A DNA stretch of 64,000 nt from Balanoglossus misakiensis. Taxonomy: Eukaryota; Animalia; Hemichordata. Location: the NCBI GenBank assembly GCA_040954595.2, contig CM082579.2, positions 13,021,834-13,085,833 on the forward strand. Direction: 5' to 3'. The notes beneath the pieces are model-generated. The model ran no database searches. It had not been told where the DNA came from and was given only the letters and a program-made list of their open reading frames with translations. The translations under genes were made by a program, and so were the position numbers. Each line of letters opens with the position of its first letter. Positions within the stretch are counted from its first letter, which is position 1. Shown piece after piece: positions 26,859 to 40,400 of the stretch.

Positions 26859-28041
26859 GTAAGCATGACTTGCTATATATTTGCTTTTATCGGGCGTTGC
26901 AACCGAAGCAATAGGAAGCAATTTGTATGTCTACGAACTAATTTACACATTCCAGTTATCAATACTTTTTTTTCCCCTTCGAATTCTGGCCTCAATTGCC
27001 TGTGATATGATCGTGATGACATGAATTAAATGGTCAAGTTCAAATCTTCATGTGATGCATAAATTAAATTTGGATGCATTTCCTTAACCATATAGCTAGA
27101 AATTACTCCCATATCAATACACAGGGAGATACCGTAACTTTGGCTGAAAGTGTGCTAGTCCAACACCATGCTTAATCAAACTGGCTAAGAGATCTATTAT
27201 TATGTATAGACACATGAAGGAAAGTAATGTTGTTTAGAGTGAAATAAAACAATACCTTAGGCCGCAAAGCAAAATATAAATCATGACACAAACAGGCTGG
27301 ATTTTTTTTTTCAAAAATGTGTGCGTAAGATCACATTGGCTGATGGTGACCAAAGCCAGAGAAGCGCAGTTCTGAATTCGGAAATCTGATCAGTACCAGA
27401 AACTTGCTCAAAGCTACCAAATGCACAAAAAGTTTTGAGAATCTTTATAAAGATAAAAAATCACCAAGCGATATTGGGCTTGTCTGTGTTCAATATGTCT
27501 TCCCTGGTAACAACATCTACTTCCGCCACCACGCCATGAGATATACTGACAGCCACGTTTGAAACATTTTAGTATACTGATATTTAAAGTTTAAATTTTA
27601 AGGCTTACTTTTCTATACTTAAATAATTTTTTTATAATTGCCAACAATGTACATTCTTATGCTAATCAGTTGTATGAAAAGTGAGATGGATCAAATGCAA
27701 GTTTCATTTTCACAACAAACAAAGAAATCATTGTACAGTGTTACTTAGATGTCAAAGTGCGTGTACACCTTCTGTCATTTACAGAATCTGATATCATGTC
27801 AGTTTTAGTTGTCACCTAATTACAATGTTTGGGGTATATACCCATGTGGACCACTTTACTGCAGTACTGATGTAAATGGAGTTTTAAGATCGACGTATTC
27901 CACTGTTGTACATTATCGCAGCACAGTCTGACCGTACATTATACCATGTTTTGCATATTTTCACTAATTAGTATGGCCCACATAATTCTAAAACAAAGTT
28001 GATTGGTTACTAATTAATATTTGCATATATTTGATTCACAG

Positions 28042-28114
28042 TCTTAAACACAGCATTTCAACGTATGCCGGAGGAGGAAGAGAATACCTAGGCCTGATCC
28101 AAGACCGCTTTCCG
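28042..28114 (+). other. Predicted spliced exon, cassette B2 (73 nt)
   Basis: TACTAAT upstream, TTTGATTCACAG acceptor and CCG|GTAAGC donor. Near-identical to B1. Confidence 0.55.
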
Positions 28115-31100
28115 GTAAGCACAACTTGCTGTATACATGCTCCATAGCTTGTTTGTAAAGGCTACCTTTTCCCATCAAACAGTGAAGTCGCCCTTTCAAA
28201 ATTATGGTGGTGGCAAGCCACAATCGGTTATCATGGAGAGTCCCATAAACTTACCAGCCCACGCTAGCCATGACTTTACAAATGTTTCCCGTCATACTGT
28301 GCAGAAAATTCTGGCTGCCTTAAATAGGTTTTCACTTTGCACTAGGCGTCAAATCACATTGCATTCTGGGTGAAAACTCCACAACCCACTGTAGTAAGAG
28401 ATAGAAGAAATGATACATTTTTTGTATTTCATGCTTTGGTCAAACATGTCGTTCTCTGTAGTTAGCATATTGAACTCATTAAACTTTTTTCACATTTTGT
28501 TATTTTTTCTGTTAAAAAGTTCAAGAATGACCCATTATCACTTTAGCTTATGAACTCCCATTTCTTTAACATGGCAAAAATCGGCCATCTTGAAATTGTC
28601 GACAATATGAGATTTTCATCACTCACTTAGGGTAGCTTAAAACGTATTTCAGGGGAGAATTGTATAGGCATGACTTGGTCTGTAAATTTGATGAAATACC
28701 TACCTGCAAATTGTTCACAAGCAGCTGACTGTACTGAAAGACTGGAAGTTATGTGTACTTATTTTACATATTCAATATTTGTAATTAGACCATGTCATGT
28801 ATATCTTGGGGATTGCTCGATCGCAATGTCTCTGCTGGTACCATGGTAGTAATTGTAAGATTGTGTGCGGCATTTGTAAATTATTTATAAATTATTTTGT
28901 AAATTTCCTCATTCTCAAATTACTTGCCCAACTGCATTAAACTTTAAATTTTGGTATGATTTTGAGTAGACTTTTTGTTTCAAAATTATTTTCGACACTT
29001 TTGACATTTTTGGGTAATCTGATTTCCCTGTAATTTGGTTGACAGGATTTTCACCATATCTCTAAATCATGAAGTACATGTATCAGAATTTGCATCAGGC
29101 CCCCCCCCCTCCAAATTTTAGTCGCCTTTGGAAAGTCATATTAGCCATTGATCTGGGGAAGTTACAAAAATGTGTTGTCCAAGGGCGTTGAAGGTACAAG
29201 TGTTTTTACACTAGCTATGTAGGCATTTTATCAGAATTGTTAGGTCCCATTTGGTATTTGTATTTATACCATGGGACCTTATTGGATCAGTTGCACCTGA
29301 TGTATGTGTGGATGTTTGTATGTCCGTCAACATCAAACACTTGGACACCTTTATATTTAGTGTGGAGATGCAGGCACAGGGGTAGATGGGAGTTTGTCTA
29401 AATGAAGTTGTCATTGCCAAAATATGCAAATTAACTGGGAAAGTGTCTAATTCGTCAACTCTGAAACTCGACAACTACTGGGTAAATTGCTTTAAAAATT
29501 GAAAATTGATATGCATGTACCTTATGGTAACCTCACACAGCCCTTTATGTTGTCAGCTTATGTGAATTTCCAATGTTTATGCATTTTTTGTCTCCACATT
29601 ATCGGTAAAAAATCTACTTTTCTGGAATTGATCAGCTGACTTGTTTGAAATTTAGTATGAAGCTTCGCAGGTGATTTGAGTTACCATAGTTTTGATTAAA
29701 GTGTTGCAAAATTTGGGTATTTATAATTTTGGAGCAATTTTTAGGTCCCATTTGGTTTATGTGCATGTATATGATTGGGACCCGAGGAATCAGTTGCATT
29801 TGTATGTATGAGTGAATGGATGAAAACCGCTGCACGTATCACTTCCATATTTAGTGTGTAGATGCAGGCGGGGCTGTAGATGGGATTTTGTTCAAATGAG
29901 GTTGTCATTGCCAAAAGTATTACATGTGAAAATGTGAAATTTGGTCAAAAGTCAGAAACTCGACAACCACTGGCGAGATTGATCTGAAAATTGGTATGTC
30001 AATGAACCCATACAGTCCTGTATGTTTTGAGCTAATATTATGAATTTTCTAATGTTTATTAATTTTTTTTTCTCCACATTATTGGCAAAAAAAATCTTCA
30101 CTTCTGAAAGCGATAGTCTGAATCCTTCGAAATTTAGTATGAGGTTATATTACATATGCTGGAGTATGATAAGCTGTAGAACATTCATTTGGTGGCCATA
30201 TTGAATTTATTCAAAATATAAAGTGCAAACGTAAACTTTTTTTTTTTTTTTCAAAATTGTTCCAAATGTCATAGAGATAGTTTTGAATAAAAACACTAAA
30301 ATAGCTTGTGTAATACCCAATATACAGCCCAAATATGGGACTCTAGGAATACTGTTCAGCATATTGAATTTATGCAAATTATGAAATCTGCCCATGTCAA
30401 ATATTACTTCAAGATGGTTCTTCATGTACATGAAATATTTTTATACTTTAAAATCATAGAAAAGGTCGTGTTTATTTCTTGATATTTGACCCCAAAATTT
30501 TCAATGTTAAATGTATGCAAATTAGAAATATTTCTACAAGGTGGATTCGGGTTCAATTAATCTAGACACCTCTCTAAAATATATTCTGAAGAAAAAAATT
30601 CTGTTGCAATTTATGGTGGGTTAGGTCCCCAAATCTCAAACTTTGGCAGAAATGTTCCTTGTAGTGATTAAAGTAAGATGGTGTACAATTATAGTGATTT
30701 TTGCATATTTGTGTTTTTGCCACTTTTGAACAAATGTGTTTTTCTTTGAAACTGTTCTTTTGATTGCATTAAAATTTGGTAGGAATATTCCTAGGGGTAA
30801 TACTATTTTTTCTGATTGCTTTGGAAGTTAGTTTACAATTTCATAACACATGTACCTGTATGTGCGACTTTTATTAAAGTCTGGTTTTTAATATTTAGGT
30901 AGTTTTGTTATAAATTCTTTGTTTTTGGATAGCAAATCTTCTCTTGAACCAATTGCCCAGTTTCTTTGAAAGTTACTGTATGTTAACAAGGTGATGGTAT
31001 ATTCAACTTAGACTGTATTTACCACATGTTTACGTAACTTTAATATGCCAGCTTTTACACAGACCACCAGCTATTCTATTTTGAATTACCCAGTGGCAGG

Positions 31101-33219
31101 TCACTCAAAATTTTTGAGCAGGTATTCCATGGTTTCTTGATATCACAAAATCGTCTCGAACAGGTCTCCCATTAGACACTTTTAGCCCCTTGATTAGCCA
31201 ATGTCCAAAAACATTTAGGCATTTCAGAGATCATTAGTCAGTTCGTCAGTCCACTTGTTATGTTGGGTTGAAAAACACACACTTGAATTACTTGCTATTT
31301 AAAGTCCTGCAAGCTGCTTAAAACTTGTGTGGACACTGATTTTATCATGTTGGGTACCTTCAAACTTTGATACCACCCCTAGCAATTTTTTATACTGACA
31401 TGGTTTCTCTCCAGTGATTTCAACAAACTACTAGGAATACAACCCCTCCTCAACTTCATAATATAGGGCATGAAATTGCAGGTTTTTGAGAACACTATTC
31501 AAAATCATCCCCATCAAGTCTGTAAACGTCTTTGGACAGATTTCTCTCCAGAGTAAAACGAAACATGCAATAAAGAGACTTTATGCAATAAAAACATGTT
31601 GATCATAACTCCAAACAATAATTTGCTATGTACAACATGTCAATCGCTAATAGTAGGTATGGCCAAAAGCATAAACCTGTTTGTTTTGCTATCTTCACTA
31701 TTCATGTTATCTGACTATATTAATACATTTGCAAGCATACTGTTTCAGACGTAGTGAAGTTGATAAACATTTACGGGTATATTTTTACCTGTTGAAACTT
31801 ACGGAAGTTGATCAAAAACTGGACACTTCACATAGGATTTTTCATCCCCTCTGTAGATTGATAGTCTAACATAGCAGGCAATCTTTCTTTCAAAACTGCA
31901 GAGGCCTTCATAAAAAGTTGTTGGCAAGAATGAAAGCTTCGGGGGGTGTAGGATTTCCTACATTTTAGGTTATTTTTTTATATGCCCCCCAAAAGTTATG
32001 ACAAAAAATTGATGACACCCTCAGAATTTATACTCCCTCCCCCATCATACGCTATCCACATTCATATAAATATGTCAATAAACGCCATACTGTCCTGTAG
32101 GTTTGAGCTAATATTATGAATTTTCTCTTTTTTATCGTTTTGTCTTTTTCTGCATTATTGGTAAAAACATCTTCATTTCTGAAAGCGATAGACTGACTCC
32201 TTCAAAATATAGTATGAAGCTGCCTATAGGTGGTCCGAGTTACCATAGTTTTGTTCAAATCGAAATTGTTGTAAAATTGGCATTTTTAATTTTGAACAAT
32301 TTTTGCCATCTTTGAAATTTAGTATGAAGCTTCTTATAGGTTGTCTGAGGAACCATGATTTTGTTCAAATTATTGCAAAAAATTACATATTTATAATTTT
32401 GATGATAATTTTTTTGTTATTTTTCCCCTCTGAAACCGCTTGTCAGATTGCTTTGATTGATTCGCTTTTTGGCAGGCATGTTCCTTGTGGTGATTGAAGT
32501 TAGGATTTTGAACAATTTTGGTGATATTTGCTTGTATGTGTTTTCGCCACTTTTGAACAAATATTTAGCGAGTTTTTTGCAAATTATTGATTTTGGTTAG
32601 CAAATCTTCTAAACTCATGTCCAGTTGCATTGAAAGTTACTGTTTACAAGGTATTGGTACCCCGAGACTGTTTACACTACATGTTTACATAACTTAATAG
32701 GCCAGCTGTTACAGAGACCATTAGCTATTGAATGTCTGTCAGTCTGTCCAAGGGCTGACTGTAAGAAGTTGCTTGTCATGTGTGTTTCTACACACAATTT
32801 TTGGTCAAACATAAATTTTTCTTGCATCACTTGTAAGACTGCCATGACACATGACAGTCTATTGGGCATGGTCCTTGTTAATTTTTTTACATTTTCATAT
32901 TTATATATGGTTAGGTCATATCTGCTTGCCAGTGTCGCATGTGATTTTTATTCTTGTCTATAACTAATTCCGTGTAATCCTCAAATGGGACCACAGTGTC
33001 CTTGACGCTATTTTTTCATAGCCATCCCTAAAAGTCTGGTGTTATGTGCCCCCCCCCCCCAATTTCTCATGTAAAACAATTGATGGCCCCCTGGAAATCC
33101 TACAGCCACCTCAATTCCTGGGGAAGTATATTCTCAACACTCCCTTATATCACATCCCATATATTGCAACCTACAGGTTTATGATTTGTTACTAACTGCT
33201 ATGCATATTTCATTCACAG

Positions 33220-33304
33220 ATGGAAGCCATGATTGTCGCAATTTCAACTGGTCCAGGGTTTCTCGTTCTCCTGTGCGCTGAAGCTTGGTTAAGACTACTT
33301 TCTG
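33220..33304 (+). other. Predicted spliced exon, diverged cassette A3 (85 nt)
   Basis: TACTAAC, TTTCATTCACAG acceptor and CTG|GTAAGC donor, all retained despite a strongly diverged exon body. Confidence 0.55.
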
Positions 33305-33816
33305 GTAAGCATGAGTTCATCTATATTTGCTTTTTAGGGCATTATTGATTTCCTGTAATGTGATTATGATGAGGTGAATGAACTGGACATAAATTCAGTT
33401 TGGACACATTTAGAATTGGCAGAATTACCCATAGCTATAATTGTATATAGGCGCCTTGAATTTAATTATTTGTTTGCCGTCCATGGGTGGGTATGTTTTA
33501 GGTACAGTGTTATTAAGTCTGTGTGCATGTTTTTGTTGTTTACACATAAATATCATTTGTCACCTGATTGCCATGTAAGAGTATACCCATATGGAGCTTC
33601 TATACTCTGCAGTACTATTACTTAGTCAGTTGTAAATGGAGTTTCAAAATTGCTGTTTCACAGATTTATCTGCTAAGTATTCTATTGTTATGCGTTGTCA
33701 CAACACAGCCTTGACCCTACATTATACCATGTTCTGCATATTTTGACTTATTAGTATGACATAATGCAAGTTTGTGATTGGTTACTTATAAACATGCACA
33801 TATATTTGATTCACAG

Positions 33817-33918
33817 GTGGACTGTCTTAAATGGTCATCATTAGGCTGTGCAGGAGGGGGAGAAGACCTTGGACCCTATGTTAAAGACCCTTGCGGCCCC
33901 CTGAAGTACCTTTTTCTG
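33817..33918 (+). other. Predicted spliced exon, diverged cassette B3 (102 nt)
   Basis: TTTGATTCACAG acceptor and CTG|GTAACC donor, followed by ACAACTTG as in B1 and B2. Confidence 0.5.
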
Positions 33919-34489
33919 GTAACCACAACTTGTTGTATACATGCTTCATAGCCAGTTTATATGTTACTGTTTTTAATCAAATAGTTAATTCACCCTCTCA
34001 ATTTTATTGGGGCAGCAATCCACCGTTGGTTTATTATGCACACCTCTAATAATCACTTGTCGGATGAATATTCTCCACTTGGTAACCTTTATGTAGTGCT
34101 ATCCTGCACGATCAAGAAGTGGGTTGATTATGACTATTTGAATAGGGTACCTAATTGTATTAAGGGTATAGGGGAAGTATTTCACAAATGTTTGTGTACA
34201 TGGATTTCTCATTTCAACTCATTGGAGATTTTTTTCCTTCATTTTGTGATCTTAGTTAGTTTGGCGCAAATTGTTGCCAGTTTTGCATATTTGTAATGTT
34301 TGGTCAATTTTTGCCATTCCGAGTCGAAAATCGTTTTTCGGAAACTTTTTGTCAGATAGCTTTAAAATTTGGAAGGCATGTTCCTACTCAGGCGAGGGGT
34401 GTAAACCTAAGTAAACTGTTGGTGTGAAATTTGGTGAAACTTCTGGGAAATTTTGCAACTTTTCATCAAAAATTGTTTGAAACTACTTG

Positions 34490-37400
34490 TCAGATTGATT
34501 GTAAATTTAGTCAATCTTTGTAGGCCCCATTCAATATATGTGTATACCACTGGGACCTTATGCGATTCAGCTGCTTCTGTATCTATGTCCATCCACAACA
34601 AAAACTTATAGCCGCAATATTTGGAGTGTAAAGGCTGTTCTGTAGATATAATTTTGTTTAAGTTGTCATGGCCAAAAATGTGCAAATGAGCTTGAAAAAT
34701 GTTAAATTGGTCTAAACTCATCAACTACTGGGCAAATTGCTTTATACATTTGTATGCATGACGACTTCAAAGTCCTGCATGTTTTGAGCTCATATCATGA
34801 ATTTTCTATTTTTTATGCTTGTTTGGACTTTTCCATATTTTTTGTAAATAAACAATTTATGGAAGTGATAGCCAATTTCTTTATAATTTAGCATGAAGCT
34901 TCCTATATTTGATCTAAGGTGGTTTTTGTAAATTGCCTATTTGTAAGTTTTGGAGATTTTTACCAATTTTGCTCAAAAATCATTTTCTCTGAAATCCCTC
35001 GTCAGATTGCTTTTAAATTTGGTTGGAACGTTCCTTGGGGTTACCCAAGTAAGATGTTGTAAAATGTTAGTGAAATTTGTGTTCTTGGGGCAATTTTTGC
35101 AATTTTCCATCAAAAATTGTATCTTTTAAACTATTTGTTGATAATAGCTGGTAGCCGATCAAAACTCTGGTTGTACTCAGCTTGTGACTGTCGATAAAAC
35201 TATTATTTTCAATAAAAATCTGCCGAGAAAATACAGACTGATTCCAAAGGATTCTTATCTTAAATAGTATAGGCTGAAACTATTTCCGTCATAACAGAAG
35301 GGTTCAAAACGTAATAATCTAATGCTGTAAGTCGCAATCTCGCCTTCCTATCTCCAGTGAAAAATGATAAGACAACACCAATGGTATGAGTAATGATATA
35401 ACCCATATTTATTTCAAGTTAACTAAACTGTGATAAAAGCAGTGATAAAACTGGTTTCAATTTAGAAGGTATTGCTTGGACCACGAAAAAAGACAATTAA
35501 TACTGACAGTAATGAAACGCATCCCATCCATGCATTCATCAAAAGTGATTTCTCCATGCTTTTTGAGCAACTTGGCCTATGTATAGTACCCTATTGTCTC
35601 TCAATGCAAGCCACTTGCTTTCACAAAACAATCCCATTTTGCCACTTTGTACTGTTCTTTATATTTTGATCTGAATCTAAAAATACCATCGAATCATCCA
35701 GTGTGAGTTAGCATTGTAATTAGACAAAGTTATAAATCCACAGTTACCCAGCAAATTTGATATAATGCTTCCCCCAAGGTATTGGTTTTGAACTCTCTTC
35801 AGAAATAGGTATGAAAATTTTAAAATTTCTACTGTTTCAACCCAGACTAGTTTATTTCTGAGTAAACAGAGAAATGACAACCGGATAGATTATTCCTCTG
35901 TAATAAAGATATATGCAGACACAAGAAATAGTCTGAACATAATCAGTACATTACTAAAACAGTGTAGGTACATTGTACTATAAACTCAGGAAGATTAGTG
36001 ACTATTGTTTGCCAAAAATGGTCCCAAGTCATTTCTCAAGCAGAGCAGAATAGTAGCTTTGAGAAGCAAAGTGTGATGATTTAAAATGTGAAAAGACAAC
36101 ACCAATCTCTGCTCTTAGCACTGCAAATGTTATCAGACAGGTAGATAGATGTTCAGTCATCCTATGTCTGTCAACACTTTTCCTTTTCTGAAATCACTGG
36201 TGCAAGAGCTTTCAAATTTGGTATGCAGGTTTCTGGGGGTAGCGAAGTAATGCGTGTTCAAATTGTGTTGAATTCGGCATATTTGTAGTTTGAAACGAGT
36301 TTTTGCTGTTTTTGGAAGAAGAAATAAGCTTGTAGGATTTCTTTGACTATGCAAGTTTCTAGGGATGACGCAAGTTGTTTCTTCAAAATGTGGTGAAATT
36401 TGCATATTTTTTTTTGGGGGGGGGGGAATTTTCTCTGAAATTTAGTATGTATCTCCATGAGGTTTGTGACATAACCTGCAATTTTGTATTTTGGGGCAGT
36501 TGCCTTTTTATTTGGACTAAAAATCATATTAGAATATGCATATCTGATTGTCATGTCCACAGGGGTGATATTCTTTGTTTACATTATGACCGAATCTGTA
36601 AAGATTTCATAATGGTCTTTAAAATTGGTACGTCTAATTGTTTCGATCTTTGTTGTGAATTGTCCCTGAGTGATCTTAGTCATTTTTTTTTAAATTCTGC
36701 TGAATATTGCATTAGTATTTTATGTCTGAGTCTGAAGAGTAGTCCTCTTCTCTGAAACCCCTTGTCAAATAGTATAATTTGCATATTTGTTGCACATGGG
36801 ATATTGTTGCAGTTTTTTTAAATTCAAGATGGCTGCCAATCTTTGTTTTAACTCTTTGGAAAAACATTTATTTAAATACTTTTCTGAAAACAAGGTGGTG
36901 AACATCACATTTTTTCAAACAGTAATTGATATAGCTATAATTGTTTCTGAAAATCTTCTTTTTTAATCTCTAGCATCTGCAAAGACCACTAAAACAGCAA
37001 CTCTATAAAAAGTCTTATTGCTTAGTACTGACACAAGGTGGTAAAAAGATGTGCAGCTTTTGACTTCTTACAGGCTTACATTTTGTTAGTAATATCAGTC
37101 CCTTTTTGGTATTGTGCTGTTTTTTTCAGGAGCTGGGGCCCCATTCCCTGGATTTTTTTTGCACACCTGGCTTTGAAAAGCTGCCACACCTAGGCTTCTA
37201 AACTTTGTCACAGCTGTCCTTGCCAACGAGTGTGCACCTTGAAATTCAAATCAGTTATTTGACCTGGCAGCCATATTCAGTTAAACTTTTTGAATTAATG
37301 CAAATTAGCTGGGACAATTTGAAATTGGTCAAAACTCAGAAACTCGACAACCACTGGTCAGATTGATTTGACAATTGGTATGCAAGTACCTTATGTCAAC

Positions 37401-40400
37401 CACATACAGTCCTATATTTTTTTTGAACAAATAGTTTGAATATTCTATTTTTATGCATTTTTTCATCATTTTTGGCAAAAAGTCTACTTTTCTAGAATTG
37501 ATGAGTCGACTTCTTTGGGCTTTAAACTTTAAAATCCAAATGGGACGGAGGTCATCTTCTTTTTTAAACCTTTAAGGGGGGATCCCATTCTTTTTGCCCC
37601 ACAAAATTACAGTTCCAAGGTCTTTTTTTACAAAATGTACTAATCACACCCACCCCTTCATTCTTCACCACATTTCATTTATTGGCTGGTTTGTCTATTG
37701 TACCAGGACAGGCTACTTGCCATCCCACCCCACCGATGCAAACTTTGAGTGGCATAAGTAAAATTGTCGTAACATTGAGCTAATTTGCTTTTGGGCTCAC
37801 TAAAATGCAACTTTGAGCTCTGTATTTGTACAAAATGTTCATTAATTGGCTGGTTTGTCTATTGTACCCGGCCGGCATACATAAGATCAAGGACAATGAA
37901 TGTTTTCGGGGGGGGGGGGGGGGGGGTCATATTTTATTGCCTCTCTGTGTCTGTCTGTCTGTCTGTCTGTCTGTACTCCTGTGTAGACTTCTTTTAGTGT
38001 AATCAGATTGATTGTAAATTTAGTCAATCTTTGTAGGCCCCATTCAATATATGTGTATACCACTGGGACCTTATGCGATTCAGCTGCTTCTGTATCTATG
38101 TCCATCCACAACAAAAACTTATAGCCGCAATATTTGGAGTGTAAAGGCTGTTCTGTAGATATAATTTTGTTTAAGTTGTCATGGCCAAAAATGTGCAAAT
38201 GAGCTTGAAAAATGTTAAATTGGTCTAAACTCATCAACTACTGGGCAAATTGCTTTATACATTTGTATGCATGACGACTTCAAAGTCCTGCATGTTTTGA
38301 GCTCATATCATGAATTTTCTATTTTTTATGCTTGTTTGGACTTTTCCATATTTTTTGTAAATAAACAATTTATGGAAGTGATAGCCAATTTCTTTATAAT
38401 TTAGCATGAAGCTTCCTATATTTGATCTAAGGTGGTTTTTGTAAATTGCCTATTTGTAAGTTTGGGAGATTTTTACCAATTTTGCTCAAAAATCATTTTC
38501 TCTGAAATCCCTCGTCAGATTGCTTTTAAATTTGGTTGGAACGTTCCTTGGGGTTACCCAAGTAAGATGTTGTAATATGTTAGTGAAATTTGTGTTCTTG
38601 GGGCAATTTTTGCAATTTTCCATCAAAAATTGTATCTTTTAAACTATTTGTTGATAATAGCTGGTAGCCGATCAAAACTCTGGTTGTACTCAGCTTGTGA
38701 CTGTCGATAAAACTATTATTTTCAATAAAAATCTGCCGAGAAAATACAGACTGATTCCAAAGGATTCTTATCTTAAATAGTATAGGCTGAAACTATTTCC
38801 GTCATAACAGAAGGGTTCAAAACGTAATAATCTAATGCTGTAAGTCGCAATCTCGCCTTCCTATCTCCAGTGAAAAATGATAAGACAACACCAATGGTAT
38901 GAGTAATGATATAACCCATATTTATTTCAAGTTAACTAAACTGTGATAAAAGCAGTGATAAAACTGGTTTCAATTTAGAAGGTATTGCTTGGACCACGAA
39001 AAAAGACAATTAATACTGACAGTAATGAAACGCATCCCATCCATGCATTCATCAAAAGTGATTTCTCCATGCTTTTTGAGCAACTTGGCCTATGTATAGT
39101 ACCCTATTGTCTCTCAATGCAAGCCACTTGCTTTCACAAAACAATCCCATTTTGCCACTTTGTACTGTTCTTTATATTTTGATCTGAATCTAAAAATACC
39201 ATCGAATCATCCAGTGTGAGTTAGCATTGTAATTAGACAAAGTTATAAATCCACAGTTACCCAGCAAATTTGATATAATGCTTCCCCCAAGGTATTGGTT
39301 TTGAACTCTCTTCAGAAATAGGTATGAAAATTTTAAAATTTCTACTGTTTCAACCCAGACTAGTTTATTTCTGAGTAAACAGAGAAATGACAACCGGATA
39401 GATTATTCCTCTGTAATAAAGATATATGCAGACACAAGAAATAGTCTGAACATAATCAGTACATTACTAAAACAGTGTAGGTACATTGTACTATAAACTC
39501 AGGAAGATTAGTGACTATTGTTTGCCAAAAATGGTCCCAAGTCATTTCTCAAGCAGAGCAGAATAGTAGCTTTGAGAAGCAAAGTGTGATGATTTAAAAT
39601 GTGAAAAGACAACACCAATCTCTGCTCTTAGCACTGCAAATGTTATCAGACAGGTAGATAGATGTTCAGTCATCCTATGTCTGTCAACACTTTTCCTTTT
39701 CTGAAATCACTGGTGCAAGAGCTTTCAAATTTGGTATGCAGGTTTCTGGGGGTAGCGAAGTAATGCGTGTTCAAATTGTGTTGAATTCGGCATATTTGTA
39801 GTTTGAAACGAGTTTTTGCTGTTTTTGGAAGAAGAAATAAGCTTGTAGGATTTCTTTGACTATGCAAGTTTCTAGGGATGACGCAAGTTGTTTCTTCAAA
39901 ATGTGGTGAAATTTGCATATTTTTTTTTGGGGGGGGGGGGAATTTTCTCTGAAATTTAGTATGTATCTCCATGAGGTTTGTGACATAACCTGCAATTTTG
40001 TATTTTGGGGCAGTTGCCTTTTTATTTGGACTAAAAATCATATTAGAATATGCATATCTGATTGTCATGTCCACAGGGGTGATATTCTTTGTTTACATTA
40101 TGACCGAATCTGTAAAGATTTCATAATGGTCTTTAAAATTGGTACGTCTAATTGTTTCGATCTTTGTTGTGAATTGTCCCTGAGTGATCTTAGTCATTTT
40201 TTTTTAAATTCTGCTGAATATTGCATTAGTATTTTATGTCTGAGTCTGAAGAGTAGTCCTCTTCTCTGAAACCCCTTGTCAAATAGTATAATTTGCATAT
40301 TTGTTGCACATGGGATATTGTTGCAGTTTTTTTAAATTCAAGATGGCTGCCAATCTTTGTTTTAACTCTTTGGAAAAACATTTATTTAAATACTTTTCTG

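Larger units (their letters stand above)
22975..31020 (+). repeat. Older tandem segmental duplication (unit 1 ~22975-26735, unit 2 ~26736-31020), with a more diverged third unit at ~32090-34490
   Basis: Both units start AGAGCTACTATGACTGGTTACTAAC and end ...GTTAACAAGGTGA...CAACTTAGAC. They are colinear with indels, and 27760-27990 aligns with 33560-33790. Confidence 0.85.
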
